A stretch of DNA of 64,000 nucleotides from Lysobacterales bacterium (GTDB taxonomy: Bacteria; Pseudomonadota; Gammaproteobacteria; Xanthomonadales; Rhodanobacteraceae): the NCBI GenBank assembly GCA_038236135.1, contig JBBSTF010000005.1, positions 19,227 to 83,226 of the forward strand. The letters are read 5' to 3'. Numbering within the stretch: position 1 is the stretch's first letter; every line of letters starts with the position of its first letter. Shown here piece by piece: positions 10,014-21,683 of the stretch. The position numbers and the translations under genes are program-made. The notes under the pieces are model-generated. The model had not been told where the DNA came from, made no database searches, and saw only the letters and a list, made by a program, of their open reading frames with translations.

Positions 10014-11114
10014 TCAGCGTGGAAGGCGCAAACCGGTCGTCGGATCAAACGCGTGCAAGCGTTGCGGGTCGCAGGCGACGCGCAAGGTCGAGCCCACTTC
10101 GGGCAACTGACGAGGCGGCGTGCGCGCGCTGAGGTGTTGATCGCCAACGCGCAGGTTGAGAAAAATCTCGTTGCCAACCGGCTCGACCAGTTCAACTTCG
10201 GTATCGATGCCCGTCTCGCTCGCTGCAACCGGGCGCAGGTCTTCCGGCCGGATGCCAATGATGAGTTCCTTCCCCGAAAACGCACGCCACGATTCGGGCG
10301 CTGGCGACCCTTGCGACGCCAGTGGCCAGTTCATGCCAGTGCACTTGAGATGCATTCCAGCGTCGCTATCAACCACGGTGCCCCGCAGCAGGTTCATCGC
10401 GGGGCTGCCGAGGAAACCGGCGACGAACAAGTTGATCGGTCGCTCGTATAGCGCCATGGGCGTGTCGATCTGCTGTATCTCACCAGCATCTAGCACCACG
10501 ATGCGCTGGCCCAGCGTCATCGCTTCGGTCTGGTCGTGGGTAACGTAAACCATCGTGGTTTTAAGGCGGCGGTGCAGGCGCGCGATTTCGGTGCGCATGC
10601 CAAGGCGCAACTTTGCGTCGAGATTCGACAAGGGTTCGTCGAGCAGGAACACCGATGGCTTTCGTACCAGCGCGCGACCCAATGCGACACGTTGACGTTG
10701 TCCGCCGGAAAGCTGGCCGGGCTTGCGTGAAAGCAGTGGCGTCAATTCCAGCCATGTCGCTGCCTCCGCTACGCGCTGCTTCACTTCTGCTTCTGGCGTG
10801 TCGCGCAGCTTTAGACCGAAGGCAAGGTTTTCAGCGACGCTCATGTGCGGATACAGCGCGTAGTTCTGGAACACCATAGCAATATCGCGCTGCTTGGGCT
10901 CAACATCGTTGACGATGTGATCGCCAATCTTGAGTGTTCCCGACGTAATCGTTTCCAGGCCGGCGATCATTCGCAGCAAGGTCGACTTGCCACAGCCAGA
11001 CGGCCCGACCAACACCAGAAACTCGCCATCGGCAATCTCGAACGTGGCGTCAGCAACACCGATCGTGCCGTTGTCGTAGACCTTGCGGATGCTGTCGAGG
11101 GTGACTGAGGCCAT
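10014..11114 (-). CDS. Sugar ABC transporter ATP-binding protein (MalK/UgpC/MsmX type)
   Basis: GPSGCGKST, LSGGQRQRVALGRA, LLDEPLSNLDAKLR, YVTHDQTEAMT, C-terminal TOBE domain. Confidence 0.95.
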   Translation of the reverse strand: MASVTLDSIRKVYDNGTIGVADATFEIADGEFLVLVGPSGCGKSTLLRMIAGLETITSGTLKIGDHIVNDVEPKQRDIAMVFQNYALYPHMSVAENLAFGLKLRDTPEAEVKQRVAEAATWLELTPLLSRKPGQLSGGQRQRVALGRALVRKPSVFLLDEPLSNLDAKLRLGMRTEIARLHRRLKTTMVYVTHDQTEAMTLGQRIVVLDAGEIQQIDTPMALYERPINLFVAGFLGSPAMNLLRGTVVDSDAGMHLKCTGMNWPLASQGSPAPESWRAFSGKELIIGIRPEDLRPVAASETGIDTEVELVEPVGNEIFLNLRVGDQHLSARTPPRQLPEVGSTLRVACDPQRLHAFDPTTGLRLPR

Positions 11115-11205
11115 CTAGCGAAAGCTCCGGAAAGGTTGGGCGATCTGCATGCTCCCGGCGAGGCTGGGGCGCTGCGCAACACTGAGCCATTAGGTTAATC
11201 TTCGC

Positions 11206-11223
11206 AATGTAATCGTTTTCATT
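11206..11223. promoter_or_regulatory. LacI-type operator in the ATPase/beta-glucosidase divergent region
   Basis: AATGTAATCGTTTTCATT; the core ATGTAAWCGTTTTCAT matches the 6001-6020 site at 15 of 16 positions. Confidence 0.75.
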
Positions 11224-11270
11224 CCTTGCCTCCAGCCACTGACAGATCCATCGCGAACAATAAAAATCCA

Positions 11271-12620
11271 ATGAGTCAGCGCTTCAAATTTCCCGAAGGA
11301 TTCCTCTGGGGCAGTGCCACCTCCGCCTATCAGATCGAGGGTTCACCGCTCGCGGATGGTGCCGGCGTCAGCAACTGGCATCGCTTCGTGCACACGCCGG
11401 GCAATGTCACCAATGGCGACACCGGGGACATCGCGTGCGACCACTACGTCCGCTACAAGGACGACGTGAAGCTGATGCGCGAGCTTGGTATGCAGGCGTA
11501 CCGGTTTTCCATTGCCTGGTCGCGCGTGCTGCCCGATGGCACCGGCAAAGTGAACAGCAAAGGTCTCGACTTCTACGATCGGCTGGTGGACGAGCTGCTC
11601 GAGAACGGCATCCAGCCGTTGGCAACCCTCTTTCATTGGGATTTGCCAGCCGCGCTCGACGATCGCGGCGGCTGGTTGAATCCCGATATCGCCAGTTGGT
11701 TCGCCGATTACGCCAGCGTGCTCTATCGCAAGCTGGACGGCCGTGTAAAACGTTGGGCGACTTTGAACGAGCCTTGGGTGGTCAGCGACGGCGGCTACCT
11801 GCATGGGCTGCTCGCGCCCGGTCACCGCAGTGCCTACGAAGCAGCGATCGTGTCGCATCAGTTGTTGCGTGCGCATGGCAAGGGTGTGCAGGCGTATCGT
11901 GCAGAGGGCAAGCACGAGATCGGCATCGTCGTGAACCTGGAGCCGAAGTATCCCGCCAGCGACAGTGACGAAGATAAGGCAGCGGTTCGGCGCGGCGACG
12001 CCCACATGAATCGGCAGTACCTGGATCCGATTTTCTTCGGCAAGTACCCGCCCGAGATGAAGGAAATATTTGGCGACGCATGGCCGGACTGGCCTCAGAA
12101 GGATTTCGATCTGATCAAGCAGCCAATCGACTGGCTTGGCGTCAACTACTACACCCGCAGCGTCACCCGGCACGACGACACCCATTGGCCATTAAAGGCT
12201 GCGGCGGTGAAGCAGCACGCCACGTACAGCGAGACCAACTGGGAAGTGTTTCCGCAAGGCCTCACCGACGTGCTGGCATGGGTTCGTGATCGTTATGGCA
12301 ATCCGCCAGTGATGATCACCGAGAACGGCTCGGCGTTCTACGACAGCCCAGTCGCAGAGACTGACGTCGTTGAAGATCCGCAGCGTGTCGCCTATCAACG
12401 CAAGCATTTGCGCGCTGTGCACGACGCGATTTCTGCGGGCTGCGATGTGCGCGGCTACATGGCCTGGTCGCTACTGGACAATCTGGAGTGGTCGCACGGC
12501 TTCAGCAAGCGCTTCGGGATTGTCCATGTGGATTTCGCGACGCAGAAGCGAACGAAGAAGAAGAGTGCGCTGCACTACGCCAAAGTCATCGCAAGCAATG
12601 GTGTTTCACTCGACGATTGA
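11271..12620 (+). CDS. GH1 beta-glucosidase
   Basis: FLWGSATSAYQIEG, TLNEP acid/base, ITENG nucleophile, WSLLDNLEW..G..KRFG. Confidence 0.96.
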   Translation: MSQRFKFPEGFLWGSATSAYQIEGSPLADGAGVSNWHRFVHTPGNVTNGDTGDIACDHYVRYKDDVKLMRELGMQAYRFSIAWSRVLPDGTGKVNSKGLDFYDRLVDELLENGIQPLATLFHWDLPAALDDRGGWLNPDIASWFADYASVLYRKLDGRVKRWATLNEPWVVSDGGYLHGLLAPGHRSAYEAAIVSHQLLRAHGKGVQAYRAEGKHEIGIVVNLEPKYPASDSDEDKAAVRRGDAHMNRQYLDPIFFGKYPPEMKEIFGDAWPDWPQKDFDLIKQPIDWLGVNYYTRSVTRHDDTHWPLKAAAVKQHATYSETNWEVFPQGLTDVLAWVRDRYGNPPVMITENGSAFYDSPVAETDVVEDPQRVAYQRKHLRAVHDAISAGCDVRGYMAWSLLDNLEWSHGFSKRFGIVHVDFATQKRTKKKSALHYAKVIASNGVSLDD

Positions 12621-12727
12621 TCGCGGGGTTGTAGTCGGAGAGTGCCGCCCAGCGAGTTTTTTTGGCGCGAGTAGGGGGGAAAAAGAAACCCGCACTCGGC
12701 GGGTTTCTGGCGAAACTTTGAATTGTT

Positions 12728-12804
<77 letters not shown>

Positions 12805-13015
12805 AAATCCCGCGTTGTGGCGGGGGCGCGAATGATAGCGATGCGGTCGGCCAAGTGCAATGGTGAAGCGGTGGATTAGGCGAGCAGCGACGGCCGCACG
12901 ACATCGAGCATCAGCGGTCCATCGGAGCAGTTCTGCTAACCTTTCCGGCCTTGCGATACTCCGATCACCAACGCTCATCGCGCGCAAGCGTGAGGCGAAC
13001 CTACAGGTTGTAATC

Positions 13016-14395
13016 ATGGCTTTGACTTCCGCCCGAACGCCGCCCGGTGTGCTCGAACTTTTGCCGCTGGATCAGGTGGCGTTCCAGGGCATGCTGGACA
13101 CGATCCGCCGCAACTTCGAGCGGTTTGGCTATTTGCCGATCGAGACACCGGTGATGGAATTTTCCGACGTGCTGCTGACCAAAACCGGCGGCGAAACCGA
13201 GCGCCAGGTCTATTTCGTGCAGTCAACGGGTTCGTTGGAACAGGGCGGTCGGCCGGAGATCGCTTTGCGATTCGACCTGACCGTGCCGCTCGCGCGCTAC
13301 GTGGCCGAGCATGAGCATGATCTGTCCTTCCCGTTTCGTCGCTACCAGATGCAGCGCGTTTATCGCGGGGAGCGCGCGCAGCGCGGACGCTTTCGCGAGT
13401 TCTATCAATGCGACATCGACGTGATCGGCAAGGACTCGCTGGCGGTGCGCTACGACGCGGAAATTCCGGCGACCATCTACAGCGTCTTCCGTGATCTCGC
13501 GATTGGCCCGTTCACCATCCAACTCAACAATCGCAAGTTGATGCGTGGCTATTTCGAGAACCTGGGCATGGCCGACGGCGAGCAGCAGATGCTGGTGCTG
13601 CGCGAGGTCGACAAGCTCGACAAGCGTGGTGCCGACGCTGTTCGTGCAACGTTGGCAGCGGAACCGTTCTCGCTGTCAGACGATGTGATCGCACGCATCC
13701 TCGCCTTCGTTGAAGTGCGCTCGACATCGCTGGCCGACGCGTTGGAGAAACTCGATGCGCTCGGCAGTGGCAGCGAAACCTTTGAGCAAGGCCGCAGCGA
13801 ATTGAAGGACGTGCTGGGAATGCTCGATGCGCTCGGCGTTCCCGAGTCGCACTACGCCTTGAACCTGTCCATCGCGCGCGGCCTCGATTACTACACCGGC
13901 ACCGTCTACGAGACGACCTTGAACGAGCATCCGCAGATCGGTTCGATCTGCTCGGGCGGCCGTTACGAGAATCTCGCTGGCACATACACCAAATCAAAAC
14001 TGCCGGGCGTCGGTATTTCGATTGGCGCGACGCGGCTCTACTGGCAGTTGCGTGAGGCGGGATTGATCGGCCGGGCAACCAGCACCGTGAAAGCACTGGT
14101 CACGCAAATGGACGAAGCCCTGCTGCCAAACTATCTCGCCATCGCCAACGAACTGCGCCTGGGTGGCATCAATACCGAAGTAGTGATGGAAGCGTCCAAG
14201 CTGGGTAAGCAGTTCAAGTACGCCGACAAGTCCGGCATCCGTTTCGTGATCGTGGTCGGTGAGGATGAGCTGGCCAAGGGAACAGTTACCGTGAAGGACT
14301 TGCGCCGCGAAGATCAATTCGAAGTGCCGCGCGGCGAGCTTGTCAAAACCCTGCGCGTCGAGATTGCCCAGACCGAGGCGCTGCCACAGACATGA
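13016..14395 (+). CDS. hisS: Histidine--tRNA ligase
   Basis: [40 protein letters not shown], anticodon-binding domain. Start moved to MALTS. Confidence 0.97.
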   Translation: MALTSARTPPGVLELLPLDQVAFQGMLDTIRRNFERFGYLPIETPVMEFSDVLLTKTGGETERQVYFVQSTGSLEQGGRPEIALRFDLTVPLARYVAEHEHDLSFPFRRYQMQRVYRGERAQRGRFREFYQCDIDVIGKDSLAVRYDAEIPATIYSVFRDLAIGPFTIQLNNRKLMRGYFENLGMADGEQQMLVLREVDKLDKRGADAVRATLAAEPFSLSDDVIARILAFVEVRSTSLADALEKLDALGSGSETFEQGRSELKDVLGMLDALGVPESHYALNLSIARGLDYYTGTVYETTLNEHPQIGSICSGGRYENLAGTYTKSKLPGVGISIGATRLYWQLREAGLIGRATSTVKALVTQMDEALLPNYLAIANELRLGGINTEVVMEASKLGKQFKYADKSGIRFVIVVGEDELAKGTVTVKDLRREDQFEVPRGELVKTLRVEIAQTEALPQT

Positions 14396-15315
14396 AGCTT
14401 TCGTGGCAAATGCGTGTCGGCATGGCTGTCGCGTCGGTGTTGCTTATTGCGACGCTGGACCCAGCGCGCGCTGCCGATGCCGTCGCAGACTTGCCCTTGC
14501 TTGCCGATCGTCAATTGCCGATGGTCGAGGCGATGTTTGATCGCGGCAAGCGCATGCCATGCATGATCGATTTGGGTGCGCAGTTCAACACGATGCCCAT
14601 CAGCTTGGGTCGCAGCGTTGGCGTCGAGCGCGAAGGAGCATTCACCGACGACGGGGCAGGTTGGACGCGATACACGCGGCGCGTTTCCGCAAAAGTCCGG
14701 TTGAGTGATGCAACGCTGCGGAAGCAGGAATTCTTTCTGCGCGACGTGCTTTTGAACAGCACGGATGGACCGTTGTCGGTCTGCATACTAGGCCAGCCTT
14801 TCATTCGCGAGTTCACTGTCGATCTCGATGGTATCGCTGGTCGACTTCGACTCTTTCCCGTGAAATCTCCCGCTGGCGCAGTGTCCGGGACAACGACAGA
14901 ATTCAGCAAGCGGGACGGTTTCATGGTGGTGCCGGTGGTGCTGGACGGCATTCAGGCGCAGGCGTTCATCGATAGCGGTGCCGCTATCAGCGAGCTCAAT
15001 CGTCGTCTGCAGGATGGCCTGAAGATTGGCGAAGACGATCCGCGCCTGGGCGATTCGCAGTCAATCGTCACCTTGCACGGCGCAGTGCGTGGATCGAAAA
15101 CCGTGCGGCTCGACGAGATTCTTATTGCCGGGCAGCGCATCGCGAGCCCTCAAGCCATGCTTCAGCACAGCGATTCGATGCTGGCGCGATTTTTCGGTCG
15201 TGGCACGCCAGCCATGATGGTTGGCTGGGACATTCTTCAACACAGTCGATTCGTGATCGACTGGACTGGCGGCACCTACTCGGTCAGTGTCGAGCAACCG
15301 CAGCCGAGCAACTAG
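14392..15315 (+). CDS. Secreted double retropepsin-like aspartyl protease
   Basis: Signal peptide and two retropepsin-like repeats (MIDLGA..ILGQPF and FIDSGA..MVGWDIL). Confidence 0.75.
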   Translation: MKLSWQMRVGMAVASVLLIATLDPARAADAVADLPLLADRQLPMVEAMFDRGKRMPCMIDLGAQFNTMPISLGRSVGVEREGAFTDDGAGWTRYTRRVSAKVRLSDATLRKQEFFLRDVLLNSTDGPLSVCILGQPFIREFTVDLDGIAGRLRLFPVKSPAGAVSGTTTEFSKRDGFMVVPVVLDGIQAQAFIDSGAAISELNRRLQDGLKIGEDDPRLGDSQSIVTLHGAVRGSKTVRLDEILIAGQRIASPQAMLQHSDSMLARFFGRGTPAMMVGWDILQHSRFVIDWTGGTYSVSVEQPQPSN

Positions 15316-15938
15316 GCACGATCAATTGTGCAGCGCGCCAGCATGCCGCGGGCGAGCATGGCGTACTGGCTGCGTCGCAGCAGCAAAGTCAATTGTCCAC
15401 CGCCTACCTGTCGCCAGAGCACGGCGGCGCGGGTCGCTGCGAGTAGCAAAGCGCGAATTTGTTCGACGCGCGTTTCCTGACTCAGTTGCTGAGGATTGCC
15501 GTGCACGGTGATGCGTGGGCGCAGCGTCGACAGGGTCTCGCTGTAGACGCCGGCAAGTCCGCTGACGATGGCCGGTGAAGTCGGCGGCAGTTCACTGCGG
15601 CTCGCTTGCACACGCTCGATGCCACTGCGCAATTTCCCGAGCATGTCGTGCTTCGCACTCAACTTGCGTTCGGTGCGCAGCACCGAGACAACCAGTTGGG
15701 ATAGATGAAGGTCGCGTTCGGTCTGGTTATCGAGTTGGGCGAGCAGGGCGATCAAACCCTGTCTGAGATTGGGCAAGCCGCCAAATACGTCGGCTGCAGA
15801 GTCCGCGTCGAAACGAAACACGCTGGCGAGGCTGGTCTCGACTTCCATCGGCTCAAAGCGACCGTTGGTAGCCGCCTGGCGAACCAGTTGGCAGGCCTGA
15901 AACACACCGGCCAAGGCGATTACGTGCGACTCAAGCAT
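15312..15938 (-). CDS. hflD: High-frequency lysogenization protein HflD
   Basis: [29 protein letters not shown]; follows mnmA. Start moved to 15938. Confidence 0.92.
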   Translation of the reverse strand: MLESHVIALAGVFQACQLVRQAATNGRFEPMEVETSLASVFRFDADSAADVFGGLPNLRQGLIALLAQLDNQTERDLHLSQLVVSVLRTERKLSAKHDMLGKLRSGIERVQASRSELPPTSPAIVSGLAGVYSETLSTLRPRITVHGNPQQLSQETRVEQIRALLLAATRAAVLWRQVGGGQLTLLLRRSQYAMLARGMLARCTIDRA

Positions 15939-17085
15939 GCGCGACTTCTCCACATCGTTGTTCGCCAACGCAAAGTACCGCTTCGCCCAGTTGCGATCCG
16001 GGCGCATTGGAGTGGGTGATGGTGGCGCCGCCGAGGCAGACGTGATCTTGATAGAAAACCACCGACTGTCCCGGCGTCACAGCGCGCTGCGGAGTGTCGA
16101 ATCGAACTTCGCAACGCGATCCGCTGACCGTCACGAGGCAGTCCTGATCGGGCTGTCGGTAACGTGTCTTCGTCGTGCAACGAAACTCGGTCGCAGGCGC
16201 GGCTCCTGAAACCCAACTGCATTCGTCAGCATCTAGATTGGTTGAAAGCAGCCAGTCGTTCGAATTGCCCTGAACGGCATAGACAATGTTGCTCCCCACG
16301 TCTTTTCCCACCACATACCAAGGCTCGGCCGGCATGTCATTTCGTCCGCCGATGCCCAGGCCACTGCGCTGCCCCAGCGTGTAGTACATCGCACCGTCGT
16401 GCTCGCCAACGCAGACACCGTCGGGCGTCAATATCGCGCCCGGACAGGCAGGAATGTAATGGCCGAGGAACTCGCGGAAATCGCGTTCGCCAATGAAGCA
16501 AATGCCGGTCGAATCCTTTTTGTCGTGAACGCCAATTCCGGCGGCCTGCGCGATTCTGCGCACTTCGGGCTTGGCCAGTTCGCCGATTGGGAACAGCGTC
16601 GACGCTAGCTGGTGTTGTCCGAGCGTGTGCAGGAAGTAGCTTTGGTCCTTGTCGCGATCAACGCCGCGAAGCAGCGTCCACGTGTCCCCGTCGCGCCCGA
16701 CACGCGCGTAATGACCCGTCGCGATATGGCTGAAGCCAAGTGAGTGCGCGGTATCGAGGAAGGTCTTGAACTTGATCTCGCGATTGCACAGCACATCAGG
16801 GTTGGGCGTGCGGCCGGCGCGATATTCGTCGAGGAAGTGCGCGAACACCTGATCCCAGTATTCGTTTGAGAAATTGCGGGTATGAAAAGGGATGCCCAGT
16901 TTGGCGGCGATCGCGACGGCATCTTTGCGATCTTCTTCGGCGCGGCACGGCCCGTTACGCTCGTCTTCTTCCCAATTATTCATGAACAAGCCGGCGATCT
17001 GCTCGCCTTGTTCCTGCAAGCGTAATGCGGCGACTGACGAGTCCACGCCACCGGACAAACCGACAAGAATGTTAGTCGCGGACAT
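15931..17085 (-). CDS. mnmA: tRNA 2-thiouridine(34) synthase
   Basis: SGGVDSS PP-loop, [35 protein letters not shown]. Confidence 0.98.
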   Translation of the reverse strand: MSATNILVGLSGGVDSSVAALRLQEQGEQIAGLFMNNWEEDERNGPCRAEEDRKDAVAIAAKLGIPFHTRNFSNEYWDQVFAHFLDEYRAGRTPNPDVLCNREIKFKTFLDTAHSLGFSHIATGHYARVGRDGDTWTLLRGVDRDKDQSYFLHTLGQHQLASTLFPIGELAKPEVRRIAQAAGIGVHDKKDSTGICFIGERDFREFLGHYIPACPGAILTPDGVCVGEHDGAMYYTLGQRSGLGIGGRNDMPAEPWYVVGKDVGSNIVYAVQGNSNDWLLSTNLDADECSWVSGAAPATEFRCTTKTRYRQPDQDCLVTVSGSRCEVRFDTPQRAVTPGQSVVFYQDHVCLGGATITHSNAPGSQLGEAVLCVGEQRCGEVAHA

Positions 17086-17088
17086 GGA

Positions 17089-17598
17089 TCAACTCGCGGC
17101 GCGAGTCGGTAGCCAGCGGATCGCGTCCAGTGGCAGTCGTACGCCACCGAGAAAGTCGTCGACGCTTGCGAGCACCATCGGGCTGCGCAGGCGGTTGGTA
17201 GAAGCAAGGATGTCCTCACGACTCAACCAAAGCGCACGCACGATGCCGTCGTCCAAAATCCGTTCGGGATGGTGAAGCAGCGGCGTTGCGGCAAACGTGA
17301 AGCGAATGAACTGGTCGCCCGAAGAGACGCTGGTCCATTGCTGCACGGCGAGCAAACCGGTCAGTTCGACGTCCCAGCCGGTCTCTTCCAGCGTTTCTCG
17401 GACTGCGGCATTTTGCAGCGTTTCGTCGGGATCGAGATGCCCAGCGGGCTGGTTCAGCACCAATTGGCTGCGCACGGTTTCCTCGACCAGCAGGAACTTG
17501 CCCTCGCGCGGCACGACGGTTGCGACAGTGACGTGCGGGCACCAGATCACGTTATTGGTGAATTGAGGGGCGTCGGTAGCGGTGAACTCGTTCTTCAT
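17089..17598 (-). CDS. NUDIX hydrolase (NudJ-like)
   Basis: [21 protein letters not shown] Nudix box; sits upstream of mnmA. Confidence 0.9.
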   Translation of the reverse strand: MKNEFTATDAPQFTNNVIWCPHVTVATVVPREGKFLLVEETVRSQLVLNQPAGHLDPDETLQNAAVRETLEETGWDVELTGLLAVQQWTSVSSGDQFIRFTFAATPLLHHPERILDDGIVRALWLSREDILASTNRLRSPMVLASVDDFLGGVRLPLDAIRWLPTRAAS

Positions 17599-17744
17599 GC
17601 CGGGCAGTTTAACCGAGCACTCCCGGCGACCTGTACGCAGCGGAATCGATCACGCAGGAGGGCGCTTGAATAGGGGAAGTTCGGCGCCCATGTCGCAGTA
17701 CTTCACGGCGCTATACTCGATCAACGAGATGACTTTCCCACGAT

Positions 17745-17780
17745 CAATGACACAACCGCAGGCAATGACACAACCGCAGG
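17745..17780 (+). repeat. Exact 18-bp tandem duplication at the clpS start
   Basis: CAATGACACAACCGCAGG twice (17745-17762 and 17763-17780). Confidence 0.95.
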
Positions 17781-18091
17781 AACCAGCTCACCAACATGAA
17801 CACGGCGTTGCGGTCGAAGAAGCGCGGCCCGAGGTTACGCGGCCGCCTTTGTATCAGGTCGTCTTGCTTAACGACGACTACACGCCGATGGATTTTGTCA
17901 TTGTCGTACTGGAAAGTTTTTTCGGCCTTAATCGAGAGCGCGCCACCCAGGTCATGTTGCACGTGCATACTCGCGGCAAGGGAGTATGCGGCGTGTTCAC
18001 TCGCGAAATTGCGGAGACGAAGGTTACCCACGTCAACGAATTCGCACGTAGCCATCAACACCCGTTGATGTGCTCGATGGAGCAGGCTTGA
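17765..18091 (+). CDS. clpS: ATP-dependent Clp protease adaptor
   Basis: [37 protein letters not shown]. Start is 17747 or 17765 because the ATG is duplicated. Confidence 0.96.
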   Translation: MTQPQEPAHQHEHGVAVEEARPEVTRPPLYQVVLLNDDYTPMDFVIVVLESFFGLNRERATQVMLHVHTRGKGVCGVFTREIAETKVTHVNEFARSHQHPLMCSMEQA

Positions 18092-18127
18092 TCGTCATCA
18101 ACGCGTACGTATTCCGGAGTACAGTCC

Positions 18128-20407
18128 ATGTTTAGCAAGGATCTCGAAGCCACCATCAGCCAGTGCTACAAGTCGGCACGCGAGATGCGCCACGAGTTCA
18201 TGACGGTCGAACACTTGTTGCTGGCCCTGCTTGACAACCCGTCGGCGCTCGCCGTGTTGCGCGCCAACACCGCCAATGTCGACAAGCTCAATCGCGACCT
18301 GCAGGCCATCATCAACGAGACCGTGCCGGTCCTCCCGACCAGCGACGAGCGCGATACCCAGCCGACGCTGGGTTTTCAGCGGGTGTTGCAACGGGCGGTT
18401 TACCACGTGCAATCGTCCGGCCGAAAAGAAGTCACCGGCGCCAACGTGCTGGTCGCGATCTTTGGTGAAAAGGATTCGCATGCCGTTTATTTCCTCGGCG
18501 TGCAGGAGATCAGTCGCCTCGACGTGGTCAACTATCTTTCGCATGGTGTTGCCAAGCTGGGTGACGAAAGCGGCGAGCCAGGCAAGTCCTCGGCCGACGC
18601 TTCACGCGAAGGCGAGGCGGGTGAAGAACGCAGCAATCCGCTGACGGATTTCGCCAGCAACCTCAACGAACTGGCCAAGGCCGGCAAGATCGATCCCTTG
18701 ATCGGCCGCACCGAAGAAATCGAACGCACCATCCAGGTGCTGTGCCGGCGTCGCAAGAACAATCCGCTCTACGTCGGTGAAGCCGGTGTCGGCAAGACGG
18801 CCATCGCCGAAGGCTTGGCCAAACGCATCGTCGAAGGCGACGTGCCGGCAATTCTTGAAGACGCCACTATTTACGCGCTGGATCTCGGCGCGCTTGTTGC
18901 TGGTACCAAGTATCGAGGCGATTTCGAGAAGCGACTCAAGGCCGTCATCAACCAGCTGAAGAAGGAGCCGGGATCGATCCTTTTCATTGACGAAATCCAC
19001 ACCATCATTGGTGCAGGCTCCGCCTCCGGCGGAACCATGGATGCGTCGAATCTGATCAAGCCCATCCTCGCATCAGGCGAGATGCGCTGCATCGGCTCGA
19101 CCACTTACCAAGAATACCGCGGCATCTTCGAAAAGGATCGCGCGTTGGCGCGGCGTTTCCAGAAGATCGACATCGTTGAACCGTCGATTGCCGAAAGCGT
19201 GGAAATTCTGAAGGGATTGAAGTCGCGCTTCGAGGAACATCATCAAGTCGAATACAGCAATGATGCCTTGCAGGCCGCAGTCGATTTGTCGGTCAAGCAC
19301 ATTGCTGATCGCTTGCTGCCGGACAAGGCGATTGATGTCATTGATGAAGCCGGCGCTCGCCAGCGTTTGATGCCGCCTGACGAACGTACGGGCCAGGTCG
19401 GCGTCAGCGAAGTCGAGTACATTGTTGCGCGAATGGCGCGGATTCCGACCAAGCAGGTTTCGGCATCGGACAAAGACGTGCTGCGCAATCTCGAACGCAA
19501 TCTCAACATGGTTGTGTTCGGGCAGGACGCGGCAATCCAGACATTGACCAGTGCTATCAAAATGGCGCGTTCGGGCCTGGGTAATCCGGACAAGCCGATC
19601 GGCAATTTCCTGCTGGCCGGCCCGACTGGCGTCGGCAAGACCGAAGTCACCAGGCAACTCGCTTTGCAACTTGGCGTCGAGCTGGTTCGCTTTGACATGT
19701 CCGAATACATGGAAGCGCATTCGGTGTCGCGCCTGATTGGCGCACCGCCGGGATACGTCGGCTTCGATCAGGGCGGCTTGCTGACCGAGCAGATCGTCAA
19801 GCATCCACATTGCGTGTTGCTACTGGATGAAATCGAGAAGGCGCATCCTGATGTCTACAACGTGCTGCTGCAGATCATGGATCGGGGCGCGCTCACTGAT
19901 ACCAACGGCCGCGAGGCTAACTTCCGCAACGTGATCCTGGTGATGACCACCAATGCCGGTGCTCAAGCTGCCGCGCGACGGACGATCGGTTTTGTCGAAC
20001 AGAATCATGCGACCGATGCGATGGAAGTGATCCGCAAGGCGTTCACGCCGGAGTTCCGCAATCGCCTCGACGCCATCGTGCAGTTCAACGCGCTCGACTT
20101 CGAGCACATCCTGCGCGTCGTCGACAAGTTCCTGATCGAACTGGAAACACAGTTGCAGGAGAAGCACGTCAGCCTGGATGTCGATCCGGACGCACGACGC
20201 TGGCTGGCGGAACACGGGTTTGATGCGCATATGGGTGCGCGGCCGATGGCTCGCGTTATCCAGGACAAGGTGAAGCGCGCGTTGGCGGACGAGTTACTGT
20301 TCGGAAAGCTGTCCGACGGCGGCAAGGTCAGCCTTTCGGTACGAGAGGGCGAGCTTGCGGTGGACAGCGAGGCAGCGGAACCGCTGCCGGCGGAAGTGGA
20401 AAGCTGA
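18128..20407 (+). CDS. clpA: ATP-dependent Clp protease ATP-binding subunit
   Basis: Two AAA+ modules (GEAGVGKT and GPTGVGKT), IDPLIGR, RFDMSEYME; follows clpS. Confidence 0.98.
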   Translation: MFSKDLEATISQCYKSAREMRHEFMTVEHLLLALLDNPSALAVLRANTANVDKLNRDLQAIINETVPVLPTSDERDTQPTLGFQRVLQRAVYHVQSSGRKEVTGANVLVAIFGEKDSHAVYFLGVQEISRLDVVNYLSHGVAKLGDESGEPGKSSADASREGEAGEERSNPLTDFASNLNELAKAGKIDPLIGRTEEIERTIQVLCRRRKNNPLYVGEAGVGKTAIAEGLAKRIVEGDVPAILEDATIYALDLGALVAGTKYRGDFEKRLKAVINQLKKEPGSILFIDEIHTIIGAGSASGGTMDASNLIKPILASGEMRCIGSTTYQEYRGIFEKDRALARRFQKIDIVEPSIAESVEILKGLKSRFEEHHQVEYSNDALQAAVDLSVKHIADRLLPDKAIDVIDEAGARQRLMPPDERTGQVGVSEVEYIVARMARIPTKQVSASDKDVLRNLERNLNMVVFGQDAAIQTLTSAIKMARSGLGNPDKPIGNFLLAGPTGVGKTEVTRQLALQLGVELVRFDMSEYMEAHSVSRLIGAPPGYVGFDQGGLLTEQIVKHPHCVLLLDEIEKAHPDVYNVLLQIMDRGALTDTNGREANFRNVILVMTTNAGAQAAARRTIGFVEQNHATDAMEVIRKAFTPEFRNRLDAIVQFNALDFEHILRVVDKFLIELETQLQEKHVSLDVDPDARRWLAEHGFDAHMGARPMARVIQDKVKRALADELLFGKLSDGGKVSLSVREGELAVDSEAAEPLPAEVES

Positions 20408-20461
20408 GTTTCCAAAGTGTCGCGGCAGTTGCTGCCGTGACAATCAGCTTCTGATGCAGCC

Positions 20462-20680
20462 CTACTTCATGCGATAGGTGATGCGACCTTTGGTCAGATC
20501 ATAAGGCGTCATTTCCACCTTGACCTTGTCGCCGGTGAGGATGCGGATGTAGTTCTTGCGCATGCGGCCGGAAATGTGGGCGGTCACGACATGGCCGTTT
20601 TCCAGCTTCACGCGGAACATGGTGTTGGGCAGCGTTTCCAGCACTGCGCCTTCCATTTCGATGACATCATCTTTTGACAT
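20462..20680 (-). CDS. infA: Translation initiation factor IF-1
   Basis: [37 protein letters not shown]. Confidence 0.99.
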   Translation of the reverse strand: MSKDDVIEMEGAVLETLPNTMFRVKLENGHVVTAHISGRMRKNYIRILTGDKVKVEMTPYDLTKGRITYRMK

Positions 20681-20927
20681 TCAATAAAAACCTTTGAGTA
20701 AAACAATAGAACAGCTCTCGGGATCGCGCCGCCGCAGCAAATGCTGCGGCGCTACGGTGCTCTTCAACTTTCGATAGCCCCGCCCCAGCCGGGTATTGTG
20801 CCACGACAACCCGGATGTCGGAACGAAATATTCACAAGCGCTCTTTGGCTGTTCATATAGGCCGGATTGCAGCGAGAAGGGACCATCGCTATCCTTCGCG
20901 GCCCTCGCACAATCTGGCAGGAATTAC

Positions 20928-21677
20928 ATGCGCCGCATGATGGTGGCAGGCAACTGGAAAATGCACGGTACGCGCGCGATGGCGGGCGAGCTGGTGGATG
21001 CCATTGCTTCGGCCGATCATGATTCGATTGATGTGGCCGTATTTCCACCAGCCGTTTACCTGGCGAAATTGGTTTCTACGCACGGTTCAACGGGCGTGCT
21101 GATCGGCGCGCAAGACGTCAGCGCGCACGCCGAAGGTGCGTATACCGGCGAAATTTCCGCAGCCATGCTCTGCGACGTTGGCTGTACCCATGTGCTGGTT
21201 GGTCACTCGGAACGTCGCCAATACCATTCCGAATCCAATCAGCTGGTCGCCGAGAAGTTCGTCGCGGCACAGTCAGCTGGCCTGATTCCCGTGTTGTGCG
21301 TCGGCGAAAGTCTGGATCAGCGTGACTCTGGTGACACCGAGCAGGTGATCGCCGAGCAACTTCGCGCCGTCATCGACCATGCCGGCAGTGCCACCTTTGC
21401 CAATGCGGTTGTTGCCTACGAGCCGATCTGGGCGATCGGCAGCGGACGCACCGCGACACCGGATCAGGCGCAGCAGGTTCATGCCTTCATCCGCGACATT
21501 TTCGCGAACGAAGATGTTAAACTTTCCAGCTTACTGCGGATTCTGTACGGCGGCAGCGTCAAGGCGTCCAACGCCAGCGAACTGTTCGCCCAGGCCGATG
21601 TGGATGGTGGTCTGGTAGGCGGCGCCTCCCTGATCGCCACCGACTTCGTCGCCATCTGCGCCGCCGCCAGACGATAA
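20928..21677 (+). CDS. tpiA: Triosephosphate isomerase
   Basis: VAGNWKMHG, GHSERR, AYEPIWAIG, YGGSVK, GGLVGGASL. Confidence 0.98.
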   Translation: MRRMMVAGNWKMHGTRAMAGELVDAIASADHDSIDVAVFPPAVYLAKLVSTHGSTGVLIGAQDVSAHAEGAYTGEISAAMLCDVGCTHVLVGHSERRQYHSESNQLVAEKFVAAQSAGLIPVLCVGESLDQRDSGDTEQVIAEQLRAVIDHAGSATFANAVVAYEPIWAIGSGRTATPDQAQQVHAFIRDIFANEDVKLSSLLRILYGGSVKASNASELFAQADVDGGLVGGASLIATDFVAICAAARR

Positions 21678-21683
21678 AGATCA

